This document shows positions 37,991 to 47,431 of a DNA stretch of 64,000 bases, piece after piece (the stretch's first letter is position 1; every line of letters begins with the position of its first letter). The DNA comes from an uncultured Chloroflexia bacterium (GTDB lineage: Bacteria > Chloroflexota > Dehalococcoidia > UBA2979). A model generated the notes under the pieces. That model was given only the letters and a program-made list of their open reading frames with translations, searched no databases and had not been told where the DNA came from. The DNA is taken from the NCBI GenBank assembly GCA_963728205.1, contig CAVSIV010000001.1:384001-448000 (forward strand), read 5' to 3'. The position numbers were made by a program, and so were the translations under genes.

Positions 37991-38510
37991 TCACAGCGCC
38001 AGCCCCTGCACGTCGATCACGGAGCAGCAGGCCGCGTCGCCCCACTTCTTCTCGCCCACCACGCTGTCCGAGGCCCGCACGCCCAGCGCCTCGATCCGAG
38101 CCGCGGCGCCGGTGCCACGACGGGCACGCCGTCACCGTGTGCCAGCTCGCATCCTCGAACGCGCGGTAGACCGGGCACTCCGCGTTCTCGATGCGGATCG
38201 TGCCGGGCGTCTCGCGCTTCACCTGGCCGGCGAAGCCCTCGGGCGGCGCGAACACCGCCAGCGCCAGCTCGATCAGGTCGAGTGCCTGCTCCACCGTCTC
38301 CACCCGCTCGACGTCGACCTCGCGCATCAGGTCGCGCATCGCGTCGGCCGAGCGCTGCCGCTCGAGCTCGAGGAAGTGCACGTTCGCGATCAGCCAGCCG
38401 TCGCTGCGGACGGATCCGGGTAGCCAGGAGAGGTCCGCGGCGTAGGGGTGGCGGGCGCGCAGCGCCTCCACCTGCTCCTCCGTGAGCGCCAGCGGGACGG
38501 TCGTCGTCAT
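37991..38510 (-). CDS. Hypothetical protein, V4R/ATC-hydrolase-like fold; +1 frameshift near 38098
   Basis: ECPVY...TAC...; removing one base gives GWIEALG...KKWGDAACC...*; GAGGT RBS. Confidence 0.6.
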
Positions 38511-38844
38511 CTCGCACCTCGATGTCTCGAATGAGCGGCTCTGAAGGGATGTTCGGGCCCGGAGCCGCGCGTGGCATCGGCCGAGCGGCGGGCGGCGCGG
38601 GCGGTATTTCGTACAGCATGAGCGGCGGGCGCGTGCGCGAAGCCGCATGCCGGCATCCGCCCCTCGGACGCGCCGGAACCGCGTCGCGTCGTGCGCGCAC
38701 ACAGCGCCGAGTCGGACGTGGACCGGGGGACGCCCGCGACGGCGCACGAGCGCGGGAGCGCCTGGAGGAGGTGCACGCCCCGCGCACCCGCACGCCGTCG
38801 AGAGCGAGTCGGACGAACCGCCTGCCGGCAATCCGCCCGAGACA

Positions 38845-39345
38845 TCAGGCCGCGGCCACCGCCGCCGACCTCCGCCGAGGCGGGATCGCGAACGCGCCGA
38901 TCCCGGGCTGCACGAGACGCATGAAGTCCTGCGTGCGCATCGAAATCGACTGCGTGTGCGTTCCCGCCGAGAAGACGATCTGCTCGTCCTCGGTGAGCGA
39001 CCGGTCCACGAAGACCGGCACGTGGTAGAGGTTGCCAAAGGGCGGCATCGCGCCGACCTCGCAGTCGCGGAACGTCTCCGCGAACTGCGATTCGCACGAC
39101 AGCATCACGTCGAGCGCGCCCATCAGCTCCGCGACGCGCCAGATGTTCACGCGGTGCGTGGCCGGCACGACGAGCATCACCAGGCGGCCGTCCGCCTCGA
39201 TCATCACCACCTTCGCGACCCCGCGGCCCGGCACGTGCTCGCAGGCCGCGATCTCCGACGCCGTATAGGCGAGCGGGTGCTCCTGCAACTCGAACGGCAC
39301 GCCGTGCCCAATGAGGTACGAAAGCAGGTTCTGAGCGGCGGTCAT
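38845..39345 (-). CDS. YbaK/EbsC (aminoacyl-tRNA deacylase-like) protein
   Basis: HPLAYTA, VAKVV, DCEVGAMPPFG, FSAGTH; GAGGAGG RBS. Confidence 0.9.
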   Translation of the reverse strand: MTAAQNLLSYLIGHGVPFELQEHPLAYTASEIAACEHVPGRGVAKVVMIEADGRLVMLVVPATHRVNIWRVAELMGALDVMLSCESQFAETFRDCEVGAMPPFGNLYHVPVFVDRSLTEDEQIVFSAGTHTQSISMRTQDFMRLVQPGIGAFAIPPRRRSAAVAAA

Positions 39346-39490
39346 CCGGTGCCTCCTCGTCTGTCCCCGGCGCCTCGCCTCTGGATCCGAGGCCGCCCGG
39401 AAAGGTGGACGGCGTCGCGGCGCGCCCCTTCGCCGCGACGCCGTCGCATGGGGCCACCTCGCGCCTCGCGCGAGCGGCCCACCTGGGCGG

Positions 39491-40804
39491 TCAGCGCTCA
39501 GCCATCGGTGCGTAGTGGCGCTCGTTCGCGCCCACGTACACCTGGCGAGGCCGACCGATGCGGGCTGCCGGGTCGTGCTGCTGCTCGCGCCAGTGCGCGA
39601 CCCAGCCGGGCATGCGCCCCAGTGCGAAGAACACTGTGAACGCCCGGATCGGGATGCCCAGCGCCTCGTAGATGAGGCCGCTGTAGAAGTCGACGTTCGG
39701 GTAGAGCCGCCGCGAGACGAAGTAGTCGTCCGACAGCGCCTGCTCCTCGAGCTGCAGCGCGATCTCGAGCAGCTGCGTGGGCTTGCCGAGCTCCGCAAGC
39801 ACGTCGTGCGCCGCCGCCTTGAGGATGCGCGCCCGCGGGTCGAAGTTCTTGTAGACGCGGTGGCCGAAGCCCATCAGCCGCGTCGTGTCGTCGCGGCTCT
39901 TGCACCGCTCCAGGAACTGCCGGCCGTCCTGCCCGCTCTGCGCGATGTCGTGCAGCATCTCGATCACCGCCTGGTTCGCGCCGCCGTGCAGCGGGCCCCA
40001 CAGCGCCATGATCGCGGCCGACGCCGACGCGTAGATGTTCGACTGCGACGAGCCGACGACGCGCATCGTGCTCGTCGAGCAGTTCTGCTCGTGCTCGGCG
40101 TGCAGGATCAGCAGCAGGTCGATCGCCCGCGCGAACACGGGGTTGATCTCGTACTGCTCGGTCGGCGTCGAGAACATCAGGTGCAGGATGTTCGACGCGT
40201 AGTCGACGCCGTTGCGCGGGTAGTTGAACGGCTGGCCGATCGAGTACTTGTACGCCCAGGCCGCGATCGTCGGCATCTTCGCCAGCAGGCGGAACGTGGA
40301 GATCTCGACCTGCTCGTCGTTCAGCGGGTCGATGGAGTCGCGATAGAAGGTCGACAGCGCGGAGACCACCGACGACGTGATCGCCATCGGGTGCGCGTCG
40401 AGGGGAAAGCCGCGGTAGATCGCGCGGATGTCCTCGTGAAGCATCGTGTGGTAGGTGATCTCGTGCTGGAACGCCGCCAGCTGCTCCGAGGTGGGCAGCT
40501 CGCCATAGAGCACGAGGTACGCGACCTCGAGGAACGAGCTCTTCGCGGCCAGCTCCTCGATGGGGTAGCCCCGGTAGCGCAGGATCCCCTGCTCGCCGTT
40601 GATGAAGCTGATCGCGCTGGAACAGCTGCCGGTGTTGCCGAAGCCGGGGTCCATCGTGATCAGGCCGGTGGCGGCGCGCAGCTGCGAGATGTCGATCGCC
40701 CGCTCGCCCTCGCTGCCGGTGACGATCGGGAACTCGTAGGTCGTGCCATCCACCTCGAGCCGTGCGACCTTGGTGCCGCTCGGGGCGGGCTCCGTGAGGG
40801 TCAT
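39491..40804 (-). CDS. gltA: Citrate synthase (type II)
   Basis: GILRYRGYPIE, HPMA, HAEHEQNCST, GPLHGGAN, LMGFGHRVYKNFDPRA, LYPNVDFYSG; AAGGAGG RBS. Confidence 0.97.
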   Translation of the reverse strand: MTLTEPAPSGTKVARLEVDGTTYEFPIVTGSEGERAIDISQLRAATGLITMDPGFGNTGSCSSAISFINGEQGILRYRGYPIEELAAKSSFLEVAYLVLYGELPTSEQLAAFQHEITYHTMLHEDIRAIYRGFPLDAHPMAITSSVVSALSTFYRDSIDPLNDEQVEISTFRLLAKMPTIAAWAYKYSIGQPFNYPRNGVDYASNILHLMFSTPTEQYEINPVFARAIDLLLILHAEHEQNCSTSTMRVVGSSQSNIYASASAAIMALWGPLHGGANQAVIEMLHDIAQSGQDGRQFLERCKSRDDTTRLMGFGHRVYKNFDPRARILKAAAHDVLAELGKPTQLLEIALQLEEQALSDDYFVSRRLYPNVDFYSGLIYEALGIPIRAFTVFFALGRMPGWVAHWREQQHDPAARIGRPRQVYVGANERHYAPMAER

Positions 40805-41069
40805 TGGGGCGCCTCCTCCTTCGCTCTTCGAACCGGCGCGCTCCCGTGTGCGCGTCGTCCATCTGAAGCTAGGGAGCTGCGGGACCGACTTTCAGGGGCC
40901 TTCGTCGGGCATCGCATTGGACCTTCGGTCGGATCGCACTGGCAGATCGGACAGTGTCTTCCGCGCTACACCGGCGGCAGCCTCTGCTGCCTCCGGCTCG
41001 ATCCTCCTCCGCCCCGCGGTCGGCTCGCGCCGAGCGACGGGCTCCGTTCGGCGCGCGGTCGTGGCCGGC

Positions 41070-41248
41070 TTCGAGCGGCAGCCGGGAGGGTGCCGATCGC
41101 TCCCGAACGGCTCGTCGTCCGCGCCGGCACGTCGGCGCGCCACCACGGGGATTCCCGCCGACACCCGCCGCCCTGCGCGCTCGCGCCGAGTTCCGTCGCA
41201 CGTCGTGCCCACGGGAGTGTTCGGCACCCTGCCGGCTGCCGCTCGACG
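41070..41248. repeat. Degenerate MITE-like element, family B
   Basis: Arms TCGAGCGGCAGCCGGGAGGGTGCCGATCGCTCCCG and CGGGAGTGTTCGGCACCCTGCCGGCTGCCGCTCGACG are related to the termini of the 9387-9718 units; different interior. Confidence 0.7.
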
Positions 41249-41331
41249 CCGGACGTCTTCACACAGCATTCACCGAGCGGCGCGACCTTCTTCTCGACGG
41301 CACAGACGTGCCGCCCAAGAAGGAGACCAGG

Positions 41332-41805
41332 ATGAACCGCAGCAGACTCCTCACCGCGACCGCAGCCATCGGGATCTTCGTCGGCGCCCTCGGGGTCGGG
41401 GCCACCACGGGCGCGTTCGCCGCGTCGAGCGGCCCCACCGACACGACCGGCGCCCCCATCGCTCAGGCGACGGCCACCGCGACCGCCGTGCCCGGCGCGT
41501 ACCCGTTCCGCAACGCGGACGGCACGCTCGACGTCGACGCCATGCGCGCCTACGTGGACTCCATCCACGGGACCGGCTGGTTCGACCAGATGTGGGCGCG
41601 GATGACCGCGAACGGCGTCGACCCGGCGACCGGGTTCGGTCCCGGCTCCGGGATCTGCCCGCTCGGCTACCCGGCCGGCACGGGCCCGGGCGCCGGCGTC
41701 GCGCCGCAGGACGGCACCGGCTACCAGTACGGGCCGGGCGCCGGCTTCCGCGGCGGCATGGGCGGCATGATGGGCGGCCGCTTCGGGGCCGGCGACGCGC
41801 AGTAG
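41332..41805 (+). CDS. Secreted Gly/Met-rich hypothetical protein
   Basis: AAGGAG RBS, signal peptide (AFA), MRAYVDSIHG...FDQM, C-terminal GGMGGMMGG. Confidence 0.8.
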   Translation: MNRSRLLTATAAIGIFVGALGVGATTGAFAASSGPTDTTGAPIAQATATATAVPGAYPFRNADGTLDVDAMRAYVDSIHGTGWFDQMWARMTANGVDPATGFGPGSGICPLGYPAGTGPGAGVAPQDGTGYQYGPGAGFRGGMGGMMGGRFGAGDAQ

Positions 41806-41900
41806 GCGAATCGGCCGCTCGCGAGCGGCGATCCGTCGGGTGCGGGGAGGGACGTTCCGCCCTCCCCGCACCGGCGTTCCCCGCGGAAGATGAGGGCACC

Positions 41901-42686
41901 ATGGCGACCACGATCCTCGTCGTCGACGACGAGCCCCGGATCCTCGATGTCGTCCGTCGCTACCTCGAACGCGACGGCTTCGTCGTGCGCGTCGCCCGCG
42001 ACGGCCAGGAAGCGCTCGACGTCTTCCGCGCGTCGCGCCCCGCGCCCGCGCTCGTGGTGCTCGACCTCATGCTTCCGCGTGTCGACGGCTGGCACGTCTG
42101 CCGCGAGCTGCGTCGCGAGTCGAGCGTGCCGATCGTGATGCTCACCGCGCGCGCCGACGAGTCCGACACGTTGCTCGGTCTCGACCTCGGCGCCGACGAC
42201 TACATCACGAAGCCCTTCAGTCCGCGCGAGCTCGTCGCGCGCGTGCGCACCGTGCTGCGACGCGCCGGCGCGACGGCGGCGCCCGCCGCGGGGAGCGTCG
42301 CGGCCGCCGCCCCGCTCGTGGTCGGCTCGCTCGTCGTTGATGATGCGCGACACGAGGCGACGTGGGCCGGCGAGCGCCTGCCGCTTACGCCGGCGGAGTA
42401 CCGGCTGCTCGACGTGCTCGCCCGCGAGCGCGGCCGCGTCCTCAACCGCGGGCAGCTCGTCGACCTTGCGCTGGGCGAGGCCTTCGACGGCTACGACCGC
42501 ACGGTCGACGCACACATCAAGAACCTGCGACACAAGCTGCGCGATCACGGTGCCGGCGATCCGATCGAGACGGTGCGCGGATTCGGCTACCGATTCGCCG
42601 CGCCCGACGTCGGCCACGGCAGCGCGGCCGGCGCCGAGCCCGCGACCGCGCGCGCGGCGGAGGGCCTCGTCGATGACGTCGCCTGA
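41901..42686 (+). CDS. OmpR-family response regulator
   Basis: VVDDE, VLDLMLP, MLTAR, GADDYITKPFSPREL, RTVDAHIKNLR, ETVRGFGYRF. Confidence 0.95.
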   Translation: MATTILVVDDEPRILDVVRRYLERDGFVVRVARDGQEALDVFRASRPAPALVVLDLMLPRVDGWHVCRELRRESSVPIVMLTARADESDTLLGLDLGADDYITKPFSPRELVARVRTVLRRAGATAAPAAGSVAAAAPLVVGSLVVDDARHEATWAGERLPLTPAEYRLLDVLARERGRVLNRGQLVDLALGEAFDGYDRTVDAHIKNLRHKLRDHGAGDPIETVRGFGYRFAAPDVGHGSAAGAEPATARAAEGLVDDVA

Positions 42687-43866
42687 CGCCGGATCCGGCC
42701 GCGGTCCGCTCATCGGCGGGCTCGCCTGGCGGCTCGCCGTGGGGTTTGTCGTGGTCACCGTCGCCACGCTCGTGATCGTGCTGGTGGTGGTCGACCGCCT
42801 GACGACGTCGGCCTTCGGCAGCTACGTCGGTCACGCCGGCATGATGCGGGGGATGATGGGCGCCGGGTTCGGGTCGGGAGGCGCCGCCGCGCAGCTGCCC
42901 GACCCCGCCGAGTTCACGAATAGCGTGCACCGCTCGCTGTTGCTCGTCGGTGCCGGGGGCGTCGCGGTCGCGGCGGTCGTCGGCGTCGTGATCGCGCGGC
43001 GGCTGACGCGGCCGGTGCGCGCGATGGAGCGCGCCGCGCAGCGCATCGCCGCCGGCGACACGTCGGCGCGCGTGCCGCGCGACGGCGACGGCGAGCTGGG
43101 CGCGCTGGCCGACAGCTTCAACGCGATGGCGTCGTCGCTGGCCGCGGCCAGCGAGGCGCGCAAGCAGTTCCTGGCGTCGGTGGCGCACGAGCTGCGCACG
43201 CCGCTGGCGGTGCTGCAGGGCGAGATCGAGGCACTGCAGGACGGCGTGATCGACCCGGGCCCGGAGCCGCTCGAGGCGCTGGCCGGGGAGGTGCGGCTGC
43301 TCGGCCGCATCGTCGGCGACCTGCACGTGCTCGCGCTCGCCGACGCCGGGGAGCTGCGCGTGCAACCGGCGCCGGAGCCGCTCGTGCCGCTGCTCGAGGC
43401 GGCGGTGTCCGCGATGCGCGACGTCGCGGCGCCGGCCGGCGTCACGATCGCGCTCGACGTCGCAGCCGCGCCGCCCGCGGTGCGCGCCAATCACGCGCGC
43501 ATCGACCAGGTGCTGCGCAACCTGCTGGCGAACGCCGTGCGCCACACGCCGGCCGGCGGCACGGTGACCGTGCGCGCCGACCGTGCGCCGGACGGCGCCG
43601 CGCGCATCGCGGTCGAGGACACCGGCCCCGGCATCGCGGCAGACGACCTGCCGCATGTGTTCGATCGCTTCTATCGCGCGGCCTCGAGCGCCGCGCGCGG
43701 CGGCTCCGGCCTGGGCCTCGCGATCGTGCGCGAGCTGGTCGCCGCGCACGGCGGCGACGTGCGCGCCGAGAACCGCGACGGCGCCGGCGCGCGGTTCACG
43801 TTCACGTTGCCGGTCGCGGTCGTCCCGGCGCCCGTCCCCGCGCTCGTGGGCGGGCGGCAGATATGA
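42673..43866 (+). CDS. HAMP sensor histidine kinase (BaeS-like)
   Basis: Two TMs around a HAGMMRGMMG loop, HAMP, AHELRTPL, NLLANAVRH, DTGPG, GSGLGL. Confidence 0.93.
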   Translation: MTSPDAGSGRGPLIGGLAWRLAVGFVVVTVATLVIVLVVVDRLTTSAFGSYVGHAGMMRGMMGAGFGSGGAAAQLPDPAEFTNSVHRSLLLVGAGGVAVAAVVGVVIARRLTRPVRAMERAAQRIAAGDTSARVPRDGDGELGALADSFNAMASSLAAASEARKQFLASVAHELRTPLAVLQGEIEALQDGVIDPGPEPLEALAGEVRLLGRIVGDLHVLALADAGELRVQPAPEPLVPLLEAAVSAMRDVAAPAGVTIALDVAAAPPAVRANHARIDQVLRNLLANAVRHTPAGGTVTVRADRAPDGAARIAVEDTGPGIAADDLPHVFDRFYRAASSAARGGSGLGLAIVRELVAAHGGDVRAENRDGAGARFTFTLPVAVVPAPVPALVGGRQI

Positions 43867-43875
43867 GTCCGGCGT

Positions 43876-43977
43876 AAGCGGCGGCAGACACGCCGCCGAT
43901 ATCGGGGCCGGCGGACGCCGACGCCGGGTCGGGGGCGACACGCCCCCGAGACATCGGCGGCGTGTCTGCCGCCGCTT
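43876..43977. repeat. REP doublet (REPIN-like), family A
   Basis: Perfect 25-bp inverted arms: AAGCGGCGGCAGACACGCCGCCGAT (43876-43900) and 43953-43977; between convergent kinase genes. Confidence 0.85.
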
Positions 43978-44006
43978 GCCGCGATCGGCGCCGCGCCCCG
44001 TGGCGC

Positions 44007-45518
44007 TCAGTCCGCGCCTTCGCGCGAGAGCTCCCCGTCCGCGATCTGCGCCGTAATCGTCGTGCCGCCGGCGCCCGACGCCACGGCGAACCGCCCCCCA
44101 ATCAGCTCCGCACGCTCTTGCATGCCCACGAGCCCGAAGTGGCCCTCGCGCGCGAGCGACGTCACGTCCTCGGGGACGGCGAACCCGACGCCGTCGTCGC
44201 TCACCGAGAGCGTGAGGCGCGACGGCTCGAACGCCAGCCGCACGCGCGCCGACCGCGCGCCCGCGTGCTTCTCCACGTTGCGCAGCGCCTCCTGCGCGAT
44301 GCGGAAGAGGGCGAGCTCCTGCGGCCCGCTCAGCCGCCGCGGCGCGCCGGTGACCACGAGCTCCGCGCCCCCCGCCAGCTGGCGCGCGGCGTCGTCGACC
44401 ACCAGCTCGATGGCCGCGCGGACGCCGAGGTCGTCGAGCACCGGCGGCCGCAGGTTGTGGCTGTAGCGGCGCACGCCCTGCAGGATCGTGCGCCCGAGAT
44501 CCGCCGCGTCCGCGAGCGGCGCGGCGACATCCGGCGCGGAGTCCTCCTCCAGCCGCTCGAGCCGCCGCACCAGGTTCACGAGTTCCTGCGCTGTGTCGTC
44601 GTGCAGCTCGCGCGCGAGGCGCTTTCGCTCGTCCTCGTGCGCCTCCGTCACCCGCCGCGCGTAGAGCTGCAGGCTCTCCTGGCGCTGCCGCCGCAGCACC
44701 GCGTTCTCGATCGACACCTGCAGCGCGTGCGCCGCCGCGCTCAGCACGTGCTGCTGCTCCGCGCCGACCGCCGCGCCCCGAGTTCGCGCGGTGAGCGTGC
44801 CGAGCCGGCCGGTCTTGCCGGCGAGCACGATCGCGATCGTCTCGCCCGGCGGCTCCGCCGCGACCGTCGCCGCGGGGTGGGCCGCGAAGCTCGCCTGCCC
44901 GCCGCCCGCGATCCCCGGCGCCAGCGCGAGCGTCAGCGACCGGAGGTCGAGCCCGGCGACGAGCCGGTCGAGGACCGCCGGGATCTGCGCCTCGATCTCC
45001 AGCCCCTCGGCCAGCGTCTCCGCCACGTCGTTGAGCAGCGCCAGGCTCGCGCTCGTCTGCTCGGCGCGCCGGCGCTGCGTCGTCTCGCGGTCGACGCGCC
45101 ACGCGACCACCACGCCGATCGGCAGGATGATGCCGAGGTGCGCGATCTCGATCACCCAGTGCGCGTGCTGCTCGTGCCACACCCACAGCGCCGGCAGCGC
45201 CAGCAGCGCTGACCAGATCGCCGTGAGCACCGCTCCCTCGGACCCGAAGTTCAGCGCCGCGTACACCAGCGGCACGATCAGCGCCGTGAGCGCGATGGCG
45301 TGCAGCGGTCCCGCAGGGTCCGTGTCGCCGAGCATCTCGATCGCGTAGTGCGCGCTCGTCGCACCGATCACCATCGCCTGGATCACCCAGAAGCGACGGT
45401 CGCGCATGTGCACGAGCAGGTGGCGCAACATCCGCCGCGCGGCGCGCCACGCGCGCCCCGCACCCGCCTCTGCCACGGCGCCGGCCTCGTCGCCCGGGAC
45501 GCTCGCGCTAGACCGCAT
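44007..45518 (-). CDS. Membrane sensor histidine kinase (HisKA_3), paralog of 36193-37785
   Basis: RRFWVIQ, VYAALNFG.EGA, EDERKRLARELHD, QEALRNVEKHA, DDGVG, FGLVGMQER. Confidence 0.92.
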   Translation of the reverse strand: MRSSASVPGDEAGAVAEAGAGRAWRAARRMLRHLLVHMRDRRFWVIQAMVIGATSAHYAIEMLGDTDPAGPLHAIALTALIVPLVYAALNFGSEGAVLTAIWSALLALPALWVWHEQHAHWVIEIAHLGIILPIGVVVAWRVDRETTQRRRAEQTSASLALLNDVAETLAEGLEIEAQIPAVLDRLVAGLDLRSLTLALAPGIAGGGQASFAAHPAATVAAEPPGETIAIVLAGKTGRLGTLTARTRGAAVGAEQQHVLSAAAHALQVSIENAVLRRQRQESLQLYARRVTEAHEDERKRLARELHDDTAQELVNLVRRLERLEEDSAPDVAAPLADAADLGRTILQGVRRYSHNLRPPVLDDLGVRAAIELVVDDAARQLAGGAELVVTGAPRRLSGPQELALFRIAQEALRNVEKHAGARSARVRLAFEPSRLTLSVSDDGVGFAVPEDVTSLAREGHFGLVGMQERAELIGGRFAVASGAGGTTITAQIADGELSREGAD

Positions 45519-46179
45519 CGAGATCCTCGAGGCGGAAGAGCCCGCGCTTGAGGCCGACGATGACGGCCTCCGTGCGCGATCCGACCCCGAGCTTCTCGAA
45601 GATGTGCGTCAGGTCGGCCTGCACCGTGCGCAGGCTGACGGACTCGTGGCTCGCGATGGCCTGGTTGCTCAGCCCGCAGGCCGCGAGGCGCAGCACCTCG
45701 CGCTCACGCTCGGTGAGGTCCTGGCCCGTCGTACCCGCCTCCGACCCGCCGGCCTGCGCCGCGAAGTGGGCCATCACCTTGCGCGCGATCGCGGGATGCA
45801 GGATCGGCTCGCCCGCGTGCACCAGCCGCACCGCGCGCACCACCTCCGCGGACGGGATGTCCTTCAGCAGGTAGCCGGCGGCGCCGGCCGACAGTAGCGC
45901 GAACACGTACTGGTCGTAGTCATACTGCGTCAGGATCAGGATCGCGGTCCCCGGCCTCAGCGCCTTGATGCGCTCCGTCGCCTCGATGCCGTTCATGTCC
46001 GGCATCGAGACGTCGAGAATGGCCACATCCGGCTTCAGCTCCTCGACCAGCCGCACCGCCTCGGCCCCGTCCGCCGCCTCGCCGACGACCTCGATGTCCG
46101 GCTCGCGGTCGAGCAGCTCGCGCGTGCCCTCACGGACCACGGGGTGATCGTCCGCCACGATCACGCGAATTGCCGTCAT
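45508..46179 (-). CDS. NarL/LuxR-family response regulator, paralog of 35477-36196
   Basis: VADDH, ILDVSMP, GYLLKD, LTERE...IFEKL; AGGAGG RBS. Confidence 0.95.
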   Translation of the reverse strand: MTAIRVIVADDHPVVREGTRELLDREPDIEVVGEAADGAEAVRLVEELKPDVAILDVSMPDMNGIEATERIKALRPGTAILILTQYDYDQYVFALLSAGAAGYLLKDIPSAEVVRAVRLVHAGEPILHPAIARKVMAHFAAQAGGSEAGTTGQDLTEREREVLRLAACGLSNQAIASHESVSLRTVQADLTHIFEKLGVGSRTEAVIVGLKRGLFRLEDLDAV

Positions 46180-46543
46180 GGTGTATGGCCTCCTGCGAGG
46201 CAAAGCGTACAGCGCGCCGACGCGGTGAGCCTGCGCGAATCGCGTACGCCCATCTGCGGGTCTGCGCGCTCTCACCCCGCCGTCACCGGCGCCCGTTCGT
46301 GCCGCCGCACCGCCGCGCAGGCGTTCCGGGTGCGATCCGGGTCGCGCGCGCGCGCAGCCGGCCCCTGCGCGAAACCGCACGGAATCGTCTCCTTCGTCGG
46401 ACCGTTGTTCGTCCGTTCGGCTCTGAGCGGCCACTCGCCCGCGCGCGACGCTTCCCCATGACGACACGAGATGAGCAGGGGGAGGCGAGCGAGATGTCCA
46501 TCCACCCGGCCGGACGCGACCGAGCCCCGGGAAGAGGCGCGCC

Positions 46544-47431
46544 GTGAACGTCGACCTGCCTCGCCGCGCGTTCCTGCGCCTCGCCGCCGCCGGCGGCGCG
46601 GCCGCTGCGGCCGCGCGCATCATCCCGCTGACCGGCGCGGGGACGACCGCCGAGGCCGCCGGCGCCGCCGCCACCGACACGGCCCGACTGCGCCGCTGGG
46701 CGATGATCATCGACCTGCGGGCGTGCGACGGCTGCCAGTCCGTGAACAAGCCGCCGCAGTGCACCGAGGCCTGCATCCAGGGCCACTACGTCCCCGAGCC
46801 GATGGAATGGATCCAGGTCTACGAGAGCGACCTCCCCGGCGGCGGCACGCAGTTCCTCCCCGCGCCCTGCCAGCAGTGCCAGAACGCCCCCTGCGTCGAC
46901 GTCTGCCCGGTGGGCGCGACGTTCCACACGCCGGAGGGCGTCGTCCTGATCGACCAGGAGCGCTGCATCGGCTGCCGCTTCTGCATGGCGGCCTGCCCCT
47001 ACGACCGTCGCTTCTTCAACTGGGGCCAGCCCTCGCAGCCGGCCGCCGCCAGCGACGTCCACTACGACATCGAGCACCAGACCCCGGCCAAGCAGGGCAC
47101 GGTCATGAAGTGCGACTTCTGCCCGGACATGGCCCGGGCCGGGCGCGCGCCCTACTGCGCCCAGGCCTGCCCGAACCACGCCATCTACTACGGCGACCTC
47201 GAGGAAGACGTCGCGTCGAACGGCGACCAGGTCGTCCGCTTCAGCCGCTTCGTCGCCGAGAACGCGGGCTACGCGTTCAAGGAGGAACTCGGGACGAAGC
47301 CGCGCGTCTACTACATCCCCGGTCACGGCGAGGCCGTCGGGCGCGACGCATTCACGCCCGGCCGGCTGCCCACCGACTGGCCCTGGCAGGACACGACGCT
47401 GAGGAAGGGGGCGGACACGTGGACGCGATGA
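46544..47431 (+). CDS. Tat-exported 4x[4Fe-4S] ferredoxin-like subunit (NrfC/DsrO/QrcC-like)
   Basis: PRRAFL Tat motif; CDGC-x8-CTEAC, CQQCQNAPCVDVCP, CIGCRFCMAACPY, CDFC...CAQACP; RFFNW; TKPRVYY. Confidence 0.92.
   Translation: MNVDLPRRAFLRLAAAGGAAAAAARIIPLTGAGTTAEAAGAAATDTARLRRWAMIIDLRACDGCQSVNKPPQCTEACIQGHYVPEPMEWIQVYESDLPGGGTQFLPAPCQQCQNAPCVDVCPVGATFHTPEGVVLIDQERCIGCRFCMAACPYDRRFFNWGQPSQPAAASDVHYDIEHQTPAKQGTVMKCDFCPDMARAGRAPYCAQACPNHAIYYGDLEEDVASNGDQVVRFSRFVAENAGYAFKEELGTKPRVYYIPGHGEAVGRDAFTPGRLPTDWPWQDTTLRKGADTWTR

Noticed and set aside
40880-40935. DosR/DevR-like boxes upstream of gltA
   Set aside because: Only partial GGGAC/GGACC half-sites, expected by chance at this GC content.
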